Shown: positions 44,252-53,621 of the stretch, piece after piece
How the letters are laid out: the number at the start of each line of letters is the position of its first letter
Numbering within the stretch: position 1 is the stretch's first letter
NCBI GenBank assembly: GCA_963840885.1
Contig: CAWJAN010000001.1
Location: 181,356 to 245,355 of the forward strand
Reading direction: 5' to 3'
Source of the DNA: an uncultured bacterium
GTDB lineage: Bacteria > Patescibacteriota > Minisyncoccia > Phycocordibacterales > GWA1-40-21
DNA length: 64,000 nt
The notes under the pieces: model-generated
The model's input: the letters and a program-made list of their open reading frames with translations, nothing else
Told to the model about the DNA's origin: nothing
Database searches by the model: none
Position numbers and translations under genes: made by a program

Positions 44252-44794
44252 ATGTTTTGGAGCAGAATGGGTTTCAGGACTTTCATACTTTATTTGGTAA
44301 AAGGGATACTGCCCGGAATTTTTCTGATGATACTGTCTGTTTTTCTTCTTTTGATAAAAAGCTATCTCGTAAGCGGAGCTAATTCAGAAATAATACAGCT
44401 GGGAAATTCGTATCAGATAATAATAACCGTTGCAGGCATACTTATGATTGCAGCGTTTCCCATCATAGCTCTCGGAATAATAATAAATATGTGGCGCTAT
44501 TGGAGAATCCAATACAAGCTGGAAGATGATGTGCTCAGATTCAACCGAGGAATAATAAGCGTTAAAGAACTCTCCATACCGTATACAAAAATAGAAGACG
44601 TGGACCTTGATCAGAGCGTTCTCGGGAGAATTTTCGGAGTCGCAAGATTATCCATAATAACATCAGGACGCGAAGAAAAAGGAGCCACTAGCGAAACGGA
44701 AATGATTTTCAATATGATAGACATAGGTAAAGCCAGGGATCTCCAAAAAGAACTGATATCAAGAGGAAGTGTGCAAAAAGTCAAAGAAATTTAA
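44252..44794 (+). CDS. Bacterial PH-domain (bPH_2/DUF304, YdbS/YdbT-like) membrane protein
   Basis: Two N-terminal TM helices flank a short loop. Then RFNRGIISVKELSIPYTKIEDVDLDQSVLGRIFGVARLSIITSG, the characteristic bPH_2 signature. Confidence 0.7.
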   Translation: MFWSRMGFRTFILYLVKGILPGIFLMILSVFLLLIKSYLVSGANSEIIQLGNSYQIIITVAGILMIAAFPIIALGIIINMWRYWRIQYKLEDDVLRFNRGIISVKELSIPYTKIEDVDLDQSVLGRIFGVARLSIITSGREEKGATSETEMIFNMIDIGKARDLQKELISRGSVQKVKEI

Positions 44795-44818
44795 AACCGC
44801 CCAAAAGGCGGTTTTTTC
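44794..44818 (+). terminator. Rho-independent terminator
   Basis: aaaaccgcc-caaaa-ggcggtttttt immediately after the stop codon. Confidence 0.65.
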
Positions 44819-44821
44819 ATG

Positions 44822-44895
44822 CGCGGGTGACCGGACTCGAACCGGCGACCTCTCCCGTGACAGGGGAGCGTTCTAACCAACTGAACTACACCCGC
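44822..44895 (-). tRNA. tRNA-Asp(GTC)
   Basis: The reverse complement gives acceptor GCGGGTG/CACCCGC, anticodon arm CTCCC-CTGTCAC-GGGAG (anticodon GTC), and T-loop TTCGAGT. Confidence 0.85.
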
Positions 44896-44936
44896 AAACG
44901 TTTAAAAAGGATATCAGAAATTTTTATTTCTTCAAT

Positions 44937-45080
44937 TCCTTTTGTGTCGACGGGTGGATTCGAGTCTTACAGACTCAGTACCCCGATTGGATTTTTCCGT
45001 TCATTTTCATTCCGGAAAAATTCTCAATCGGGCTTCGAATCCACCACGAAACTGCCATCCGGCAGTTTCTCGTCTGCACA
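44937..45080 (-). repeat. tRNA-3'-end-mimicking palindromic element, copy 2 (next to tRNA-Met/CAT)
   Basis: On the minus strand: tgtgcagacga (imperfect complement of the tRNA-Met 3' end) - hairpin gaaactgccggatggcagtttc - gtggtggattcgaa (complement of the tRNA-Met T-arm) - GCCCGATTGAG - 33-nt spacer - CCAATCGGGGTACTGAGTCTGTAAGACTCGAA - tccacccgtcgacacaaaa (copy of the tRNA-Met 3' end). Same order and core as 31111-31250. Confidence 0.5.
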
Positions 45081-45111
45081 AATATAAAACAATAAATTGT
45101 CTTATATTTTG

Positions 45112-45185
45112 TGTCGACGGGTGGATTCGAACCACCGACCTTAGCTTTATGAGTGCTACGCTCTAACCACCTGAGCTACGCCGAC
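45112..45185 (-). tRNA. tRNA with CAT anticodon (Met elongator or Ile2-lysidine type)
   Basis: The reverse complement gives acceptor GTCGGCG/CGTCGAC (one G-U), D-arm GCTCAGGTGGTTAGAGC, anticodon loop CTCATAA (CAT), and T-arm GGTGG-TTCGAAT-CCACC. Confidence 0.78.
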
Positions 45186-45284
45186 ATTAAAAATTTCACC
45201 GAGTTAATATAGCATTTTTTACCGTGTTTTCAAATTAAATGCCGATTTCGTTTTGCCGAAATCGGCATTTAATTTTTCTATTGT

Positions 45285-45353
45285 TGCGGGGGCCCGAGTT
45301 GCACGGACATCTCAAGGTTATGAGCCTCGCGAATTACTGTTACTCTACCCCGC
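45285..45353 (-). tRNA. Atypical tRNA-like gene with CAT anticodon (short D-arm, T-loop TGCAACT); possible divergent tRNA or pseudogene
   Basis: The reverse complement gives acceptor GCGGGGT/CCCCCGC (6 bp plus one mismatch), anticodon arm CGAGG-CTCATAA-CCTTG (CAT), and T-arm GTCCG-TGCAACT-CGGGC lacking the usual TTC. Only 17 nt lie between the acceptor and anticodon stems. Confidence 0.4.
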
Positions 45354-45426
45354 TATTTAGGCTTAATATGCTACAGAAAAAATACCAAAAAGTCAATTTT
45401 TTGTATTAATAAACGGAGAAAAAATA

Positions 45427-46074
45427 TTATATTATTTCAAATTCGCTGAAAACTTTTTCGTAAAGTCCTATCACTCTTTTTGCTTCCCTTTGGCTCAGCA
45501 TGAAATCAGATCCCTCATGCGCAATCGCATTCCTTATCTTATGGGCTTCCCAGGCATCTTCAATGCTTTGAAAATCTGAAGGGTCTACGGCCTTAAGCTT
45601 GTCGCCCATATTCTCTCCCGGAAGCTCGAGCTGATCAAGAAGATCGCTCAAAATTATATCCGCTTCTATTATGGCGAATTTCCATTTATTCGGATCTTCC
45701 GAATTTATATTGTCCAAAACCACTTTCCATTTCGGATGCTGGTTTTCATTTGCAAAAACTTCAGCACCGGCTCCTTCCGGCGGAAGGACTTTTGATATGA
45801 CGGCTTCCCTCATCTTATGGTATCTATGCACGTAAATGGCAAGGACTATGACTGCTGCAGCCGAAAACAATGCCGAGACGATGGCAAATTTTGCAAAATA
45901 ATTCAAAAAATAATATGAGATGACGTTATAGTAGGAAGTCAGCTTGTCTTTATTAAGGCTAAGCCAGACTGCGGCCGAACTTATCAAACTCAAAGCTATA
46001 AAAGCTATAACTGCTAGTTCTAGCGGAGTATCTATATGACTTGGACCTGGAGCTTTTGGAGCTTTTTCTGCCAT
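45427..46074 (-). CDS. Hypothetical membrane-anchored protein
   Basis: 215 aa with two N-terminal TM helices and an acidic C-terminal soluble domain. No motif recognised. Confidence 0.4.
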   Translation of the reverse strand: MAEKAPKAPGPSHIDTPLELAVIAFIALSLISSAAVWLSLNKDKLTSYYNVISYYFLNYFAKFAIVSALFSAAAVIVLAIYVHRYHKMREAVISKVLPPEGAGAEVFANENQHPKWKVVLDNINSEDPNKWKFAIIEADIILSDLLDQLELPGENMGDKLKAVDPSDFQSIEDAWEAHKIRNAIAHEGSDFMLSQREAKRVIGLYEKVFSEFEII

Positions 46075-46078
46075 ATTT

Positions 46079-46333
46079 TTACCCTGTTAAATAAGATTTG
46101 ATTCTTTTTCTAATAAATGACTTGCCATGATATGTTTTAAGATATTTTTCTCGATGCGTTGCGTCTTGTTGATTATGGCAAACTTCATAATATACAAGTT
46201 TAAACGGTTTTCTATCTTTTGTCGAATTAACGTTCCCTTTATTATGTTCATCAAATCTTAACTTTAAATTTTTAGTGAAACCTGTATAAAACTTCTTATC
46301 TTTTTGTGATTGCAGTACATATGTATAATACAT
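46079..46333 (-). CDS. GIY-YIG nuclease-family small protein (YhbQ/UPF0213-like), second copy
   Basis: MYYTYVLQSQKDKKFYTGFTKNLKLRFDEHNKG...STKDRKPFKLVYYE...REKYLKTYHGK is the GIY-YIG fold. It is a paralogue of the 30776-31034 product. Confidence 0.7.
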   Translation of the reverse strand: MYYTYVLQSQKDKKFYTGFTKNLKLRFDEHNKGNVNSTKDRKPFKLVYYEVCHNQQDATHREKYLKTYHGKSFIRKRIKSYLTG

Positions 46334-46382
46334 GAGTAATGAAATTTAAAGCTATTTAACAGGGTGAATTATAGCACTAGAA

Positions 46383-47831
46383 TTATTTTTCATCCAAGAA
46401 ACTTTTGGAAACAGCGAAAAGCGTGCCCTCTCCGAGATGATCCGCTATTAACTGAATTCCGATAGGCATTTTCTTTCCGCCAATATCCTTGAATCCGGCC
46501 GGAACGGATATGGCAGGGATTCCGGCAAGGTTTATCGGCACGGTAAAAATATCTTCAAGATACATGGCGAGTGGATCGTTGACTTTCTCCCCGATTTTGA
46601 AAGCTACCGATGGAGCAGTCGGAGTAGCTATCACATCGACTTTTTCAAAAGCTTTTTTATAATCTTCTTTTATGAGTTCGCGCACAAGATTGGCTTTATT
46701 GTAATATGCATCGTAATAGCCGGAAGAAAGAACATAAGTTCCGAGAATTATCCTTCTTTTGACTTCCCTGCCTAGGCCATTTTGCCTGGAGAGGAAATAA
46801 TCTTCGATTCCTGTTTTGCCGGAAACCCTTTCGCCGTATCTCATGCCGTCAAAGCGCGCCATGTTCGATGAAACTTCTGCAGGAACTATTACGTAATAAA
46901 CCGCCAGGGAATATTTAAGATTCGGCAATTTTATATCGATGATTTCATGACCAAGTTTTTTTAATTTTTCCAGAGACGCTTCAAAAGCTTCCAGAACATC
47001 TTTATCTATTCCGCCGACATTCAAAAAATCTCTCGGAACTCCTATTTTAAATTTCTTGCTTGATGAGATTTCTGGAGATTTTTTATTCGGAAGCGAAGTG
47101 CTGTCCATCTTATCGTGCCCCTTTATTGCTTCATACAGAATTTCCGCATCCTCTATGTTTTTTCCAAAAGTTCCTATTTGATCGAGAGATGAGCCCATGG
47201 CCATGAGGCCGTATCTTGAGACAGCGCCATATGTAGGCTTGAGCCCGACTATTCCGCAAAAGCTTGCCGGCTGCCTTATGGAGCCGCCGGTATCGGAGCC
47301 TAAAGCTACAAGAGCTTCGTCCGCCGCAACGGCGGCGGCAGAACCTCCGCTCGAGCCGCCTGGAACTCTTTCATTGTCTATAGGATTTTTTGTAACTCCG
47401 TATGCTGAATTTTCGGTTGAACCGCCCATTGCGAATTCATCCATATTTGTCCTGCCGATGATCACCGCTCCGTGCTCGCGCTGCAATTTTTCTATGACTG
47501 TTGCATCATATGTGGCTTTGTAGTTTTCAAGAATTTTGGAGGCGGAGCTGGCTATTTTTCCTTTTACTAAAATATTATCTTTTACGGCAATAGGAATTCC
47601 CATCAGAAGCGGAAAATCTTTTTTGACTTTGTTCGCTTCCGATATCGCTTTGTCAGCAAAGCTAGCTTGCTCAAGCACATTGTCATAAACTTCAAGGTAC
47701 GCATGAATATCTTTGTCCTTTTTCTTTATTTCATCCAGATACGCTTTGGCGAGATCGCTTGCCGAATACTCTCCTTTCTTGAAGGCTTCATGGGCTTTTT
47801 TTATAGTAAGATTTTTTAAATCAATAGGCAT
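46383..47831 (-). CDS. gatA: Glutamyl-tRNA(Gln) amidotransferase subunit A
   Basis: Amidase signature GGSSGGSAAAVAA, the catalytic Ser-cisSer-Lys context, and the operon position after gatC. Confidence 0.93.
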   Translation of the reverse strand: MPIDLKNLTIKKAHEAFKKGEYSASDLAKAYLDEIKKKDKDIHAYLEVYDNVLEQASFADKAISEANKVKKDFPLLMGIPIAVKDNILVKGKIASSASKILENYKATYDATVIEKLQREHGAVIIGRTNMDEFAMGGSTENSAYGVTKNPIDNERVPGGSSGGSAAAVAADEALVALGSDTGGSIRQPASFCGIVGLKPTYGAVSRYGLMAMGSSLDQIGTFGKNIEDAEILYEAIKGHDKMDSTSLPNKKSPEISSSKKFKIGVPRDFLNVGGIDKDVLEAFEASLEKLKKLGHEIIDIKLPNLKYSLAVYYVIVPAEVSSNMARFDGMRYGERVSGKTGIEDYFLSRQNGLGREVKRRIILGTYVLSSGYYDAYYNKANLVRELIKEDYKKAFEKVDVIATPTAPSVAFKIGEKVNDPLAMYLEDIFTVPINLAGIPAISVPAGFKDIGGKKMPIGIQLIADHLGEGTLFAVSKSFLDEK

Positions 47832-48115
47832 CAGAGTATTTTTTTGACTTTAAGATAATTATCCTGTGATTCCGGCATGTCTGCGACTATATCTTTTGTA
47901 TTTTTTCCGCTCTCAGCAGGATTTTCATCAAGCCTTGTGACATTTCTGTGTTCGCCGGCCTTTTTCTCTTCGCTCATCGTCGAAGCTACATCTTTTATCT
48001 GGGAAACATAGCCTAAAATAGAGCCTATGTCTTTAAGAAGGCTTTTCTTCTCATTTTCGGAGAGCTCGATTCTGGCAAGCTTAGCCAAGTGTTCTATATC
48101 TTTTATTTCCAACAT
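47831..48115 (-). CDS. gatC: Glutamyl-tRNA(Gln) amidotransferase subunit C
   Basis: About 94 aa. N-terminus MLEIKDIEHLAKLARIELSENEKKSLLKDIGSILGYV is typical GatC. Its stop/start overlaps gatA. Confidence 0.85.
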   Translation of the reverse strand: MLEIKDIEHLAKLARIELSENEKKSLLKDIGSILGYVSQIKDVASTMSEEKKAGEHRNVTRLDENPAESGKNTKDIVADMPESQDNYLKVKKIL

Positions 48116-48133
48116 AAAATCAATACTAGCACT

Positions 48134-50182
<2,049 letters not shown>

Positions 50183-50758
50183 TTACTGGATATAAGAAAA
50201 ACTCATACCTCTTTCAACTCTTCTTCCCGCAATCTGGGAATTGTGGCCAAATGTCTCTATTGTCGTATCGACGGTTCCATTTGTGGCATTGTATATCTTG
50301 CTTATATATATATCGGAAGCGGGATCGAGAGGATTGCTGGAAAATTTGAAAAAATTCACCATTGGGTTTTGAGAAAAATAACCGAGGCCGGATTCCACAA
50401 AATTCAGGCTTGCCGGGTCTGTGCTTCCGCTTAAATCCACATTCACCGTATTGCCAGCGCAAGTTATCTGCGTCGCGGCGACATTTATTCCGCAATCAGC
50501 AGTGCTTTGATCTATACAGGCCGGAATCGCGCCTTTGACTATATCCCAGTAAATGGCGCATTCTCTTGCACTGTCGGCGGCATAATATGCCTGAGCAGAA
50601 TCCCTTGCGGAAGTCGCAATATCTATTTCCTTAAGCGAAATATTGAAAATGGAAAGGCCGAGAGATATGAGAACGCTCGAAAGAAGCACGGCGAAAAGCA
50701 GGGCGAATCCTGATTCTTTTGTTGCTGATGCGGCTTTTTTTGTATCAGATAAAATCAT
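50183..50758 (-). CDS. Hypothetical secreted protein with pilin-like N-terminal hydrophobic segment (no Glu+5)
   Basis: The N-terminus KESGFALLFAVLLSSVLISLGLSIF resembles a prepilin leader and helix but lacks the conserved E at +5 after the G/F site. The remainder is Cys-containing and beta-rich. Confidence 0.33.
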   Translation of the reverse strand: MILSDTKKAASATKESGFALLFAVLLSSVLISLGLSIFNISLKEIDIATSARDSAQAYYAADSARECAIYWDIVKGAIPACIDQSTADCGINVAATQITCAGNTVNVDLSGSTDPASLNFVESGLGYFSQNPMVNFFKFSSNPLDPASDIYISKIYNATNGTVDTTIETFGHNSQIAGRRVERGMSFSYIQ

Positions 50759-50982
50759 CTGTTTGAAAATCTGTGCTTACTGTATTTTACGATATTTTTA
50801 AAAATAAAGCTAAAATTATAATCGCTTTGGAAATAATCGGTCTGCTGCCTAATACTTGATATATCTCATTTATTGTAGTATAACATCGCCAGGACCTTAA
50901 AATCATTTTTGTTTGGTTTAAGGAAGTTCTTATCCAACTCAATATCTTTTCACAGTCAACTTTCTTCAAAAAGGAGTGTAAG

Positions 50983-51972
50983 ATGAAAAAAGCTTTGCTT
51001 TGTTTTGCCGTATTCGTTGCCGTCTTTTCGGCAGCGATTGTCATGACCTCGTGCGGAGGAGGTAATCCTGCCGGACCGGGAGGCGGAGGAAGCAGCCAGA
51101 CGCCGGGAATAACCTGCATCAATAATCAGGGAACGGTGGTGCCATGCGCTCCATCTTTCACGGCAACGCCGACGCCTACCGGAACATGGTATACGCCGAC
51201 GCCGACGGACACGATGACTCCCTGCTTTATTTCAACGGGGACTCCTTGCGGACCGGGTATACCGACTATACCGCCGACTGGTACCTTTACGATGACACCT
51301 ACTATCACGTCTACGGTTACTAAAACGCCGACGGCAACTCCGACTTCGACTCCCTCGAGCCACAATGTATATTTTGTGATTTCGGGAACTTTTGTCGGAG
51401 GAGGAACGATCAATACGTCGAATTCCACAGCAGGTTCATCTGAAGAAGTGGATGAGACGGTGTCGCCGATTTCACGAACATCATCGACGTATGCGTTTAA
51501 TTCCGGAGATTTGATTTTTGCGTCAATCGGAAACATACCGCCTGGACCATATTACAATATGTCTAATTCGACTGTTGAAATATGGGTTGACGGATCGCTT
51601 TGGCGCTCTGCTTCATTGCCTTCAGGTGTGGCTACAGGAAATAATGTATTATTAAATGAGACTGTTCCTGTGGATACATCGAGTACGCCTGCCGGAACTC
51701 CGGTAAACGTATCATATACGGTTACATCGAATAATCCTGGGGATTTTTCCGTAACATATAATCTGCCGGACGGAGGACAAGTATCGGTTTCTCAAAATGA
51801 ATCCTTTACTTCGGGAACTCTTCAGTTTTATCCGGGAGAAGTGGCGAAAATCGAAGGGACGAGCTTGAGCGGAAGGACGGATAATTTTACGTCTACGATT
51901 CTGGTGAGTAGTTCATCTGTTGCTCAGATAACCGCTGCAAGCGATGCGGTTACAGAGTACACGATGCCTTGA
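50983..51972 (+). CDS. Predicted lipoprotein, Thr/Pro-rich (paralogue of 55009-55764)
   Basis: Lipobox VMTSCGG (signal peptidase II-type), then NPAGPGGGG and a T/P-rich linker and a beta-rich C-terminal domain. It shares the ...C..(x)NPAGPG... N-terminal architecture with the 55009 product. Confidence 0.55.
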   Translation: MKKALLCFAVFVAVFSAAIVMTSCGGGNPAGPGGGGSSQTPGITCINNQGTVVPCAPSFTATPTPTGTWYTPTPTDTMTPCFISTGTPCGPGIPTIPPTGTFTMTPTITSTVTKTPTATPTSTPSSHNVYFVISGTFVGGGTINTSNSTAGSSEEVDETVSPISRTSSTYAFNSGDLIFASIGNIPPGPYYNMSNSTVEIWVDGSLWRSASLPSGVATGNNVLLNETVPVDTSSTPAGTPVNVSYTVTSNNPGDFSVTYNLPDGGQVSVSQNESFTSGTLQFYPGEVAKIEGTSLSGRTDNFTSTILVSSSSVAQITAASDAVTEYTMP

Positions 51973-51984
51973 TCCAAAGTCATG

Positions 51985-52020
51985 CGGGCCCGGTTCATAT
52001 TATGAACCGGGCTTTTTTAT
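51985..52020. terminator. Bidirectional rho-independent terminator
   Basis: gcgggcccggttcata-tta-tgaaccgggcttttttatt. Confidence 0.65.
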
Positions 52021-52027
52021 TAAATAA

Positions 52028-52573
52028 TTATTTCAAATAAAGAAGAGCGAAAATATGCCAAGTTTTTATATCACCTTTCATAGTCAAACCTTTTCCAAAA
52101 TCTTCAGAAGTAAAATATGGTTTTTTATCCAAAATGCCAAGCGCTTCTGTTTTTGAATAGAAACTCATCGTATTGGCATGAATATCAACCCATTCATCTT
52201 CAACGCCAAAAAGAGTGAAATAAATAAAGCCTCCGGTTTTAAGATTATCAAAGGCTGTTTTTACTATCCTTTTTACTTCTGATTTATCGTGAATAAACGG
52301 CAAGATATTTGACATGATGATGCCATCGAAACTCTTATCAAAATCAAATTTTTCTACGGGTTCGTTTATAAGTTCATAATCGTTATCTTTAACCTTATGA
52401 AATCTACCATCCGCAAGAGAAAGTTTTTCTTTATCTTTATCTACAAGCAAAACATGGTATCCTGATTCAAAAAAAGGTTCTGAAACCGAACCATCGCCGC
52501 AGCCCAAATCCGCTAAAAACCCGTGTTTCTTGAGCATATGTTCTTTTTGAAGTTTTTTGAATAAAGCTATCAC
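52028..52573 (-). CDS. Class I SAM-dependent methyltransferase
   Basis: SAM-binding motif I LADLGCGDGSVS and a post-I acidic residue (LLVDKD). 181 aa, a small Rossmann-fold methyltransferase. Confidence 0.72.
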   Translation of the reverse strand: MIALFKKLQKEHMLKKHGFLADLGCGDGSVSEPFFESGYHVLLVDKDKEKLSLADGRFHKVKDNDYELINEPVEKFDFDKSFDGIIMSNILPFIHDKSEVKRIVKTAFDNLKTGGFIYFTLFGVEDEWVDIHANTMSFYSKTEALGILDKKPYFTSEDFGKGLTMKGDIKTWHIFALLYLK

Positions 52574-52591
52574 TAAAATATACTCGATTAT

Positions 52592-53347
52592 CTACAATTT
52601 TATTAGCGAATCTTTTAGCACATCGAGATGTCCCCTCCCATATACCACGAAAACATCCTTATCAGATTTTAAATTTTCCTCAATGGCTTTTAGTAAATAC
52701 TCATTTCTTAATTCTGTTCTTTTTGAAACAATCTCATTGATAATCGTATCTTTTTTTCTTGGATCAGATATTGAAGAAATAAATTTTTTATCTTCCAATT
52801 TTTGTTCGCCAAACAGTTTTTTATGCCTGCCATAAAACCAATCAGTTGTAGGGGTAAATTTATAAATATCAGAAAATTTCGTCTCTTTTTCTATGGAATT
52901 TTTTTCCAATGATTGCTCAAGAGTAAGTTTTCGTTCTGTGCGGAACCATATTAATAAGCTTTGAATTATAAATGCATAAGCTACATCTTGCGGATCAAAT
53001 AATTCACATAATTTTCTGCGCTGTTCTTCACCATTTGGTTCAGGATATATAACTTTGGCATTACCTTCATGGGCAAGACAATACGCCGCTCCGATTTCTC
53101 CGTATAAATTTATCGCCTCTTGAAAATTATTTATGCTTTTAAGATTTTGTTCGCTCTTTTTATTGCTTTCTACAATGACAACTTTGTTTTTTGAACTGTT
53201 ATTTATAAAAAATTTCCATGTATTCGATAGAAGATCAAATTGGGGATGCTTGGTATCATTAGAATGAAGAGCACCAAAAAAACATAGTGTGCTTCCATTT
53301 TCGGCATATTTAACTAATATAGAATTGAAATTATCGTTATAGGCCAT
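52592..53347 (-). CDS. TraB/GumN/Tiki-family protein (putative peptidase/peptide-signal processing)
   Basis: Two family-type motifs: TLCFFGALHSND (G-x-x-H) near the N-terminus and VFVVYGRGHLDVL (G-x-G-H-L) near the C-terminus, as in TraB/PrgY/GumN/Tiki. Tentative. Confidence 0.45.
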   Translation of the reverse strand: MAYNDNFNSILVKYAENGSTLCFFGALHSNDTKHPQFDLLSNTWKFFINNSSKNKVVIVESNKKSEQNLKSINNFQEAINLYGEIGAAYCLAHEGNAKVIYPEPNGEEQRRKLCELFDPQDVAYAFIIQSLLIWFRTERKLTLEQSLEKNSIEKETKFSDIYKFTPTTDWFYGRHKKLFGEQKLEDKKFISSISDPRKKDTIINEIVSKRTELRNEYLLKAIEENLKSDKDVFVVYGRGHLDVLKDSLIKL

Positions 53348-53383
53348 AAAAAATCGGATAGTATATAGAATATACTATCCGAT
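53348..53383 (-). terminator. Intrinsic terminator/attenuator directly after the precursor-peptide gene
   Basis: Perfect 14-bp inverted repeat atcggatagtatat-aga-atatactatccgat. On the minus strand it is followed by TTTTT, which runs into the ATG of the downstream TraB-like gene. Confidence 0.55.
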
Positions 53384-53403
53384 TTGGCAAGAATTCTCAA
53401 ACC

Positions 53404-53577
53404 TCACTGATCAGTGTTGTCGAGATATTCATCACCATACTGGATATCCGGATAAGTATAATCATCATACTCATCCGAACTCATCCGAGTACTTGCCGTT
53501 GGTAATGGCAACCGGTCAACACGCGAAAAAGCTCCGCGTAATGCCTTAATGCCTTTTTCTTCTGCAAGAACTGACAT
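53404..53577 (-). CDS. Candidate RiPP precursor peptide (57 aa) with Tyr-x-Asp-rich C-terminus
   Basis: Own translation: MSVLAEEKGIKALRGAFSRVDRLPLPTASTRMSSDEYDDYTYPDIQYGDEYLDNTDQ. It is preceded by an AAGGAGG RBS 7 nt upstream of the ATG and sits 44 nt downstream of the rSAM/SPASM gene on the same strand. It is not in the supplied ORF track. Confidence 0.55.
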   Translation of the reverse strand: MSVLAEEKGIKALRGAFSRVDRLPLPTASTRMSSDEYDDYTYPDIQYGDEYLDNTDQ

Positions 53578-53621
53578 GCTTTCCTCCTTAATGAAATCAA
53601 AGCAAGTTTGTTGCTATATAT

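Noticed and set aside
50183-50758. Calling 50183-50758 a bona fide type IV pilin
   Set aside because: It lacks the conserved Glu at +5 and sits 5 kb from the pilin genes, with ligA and a lipoprotein gene in between. It is kept only as pilin-like hypothetical.
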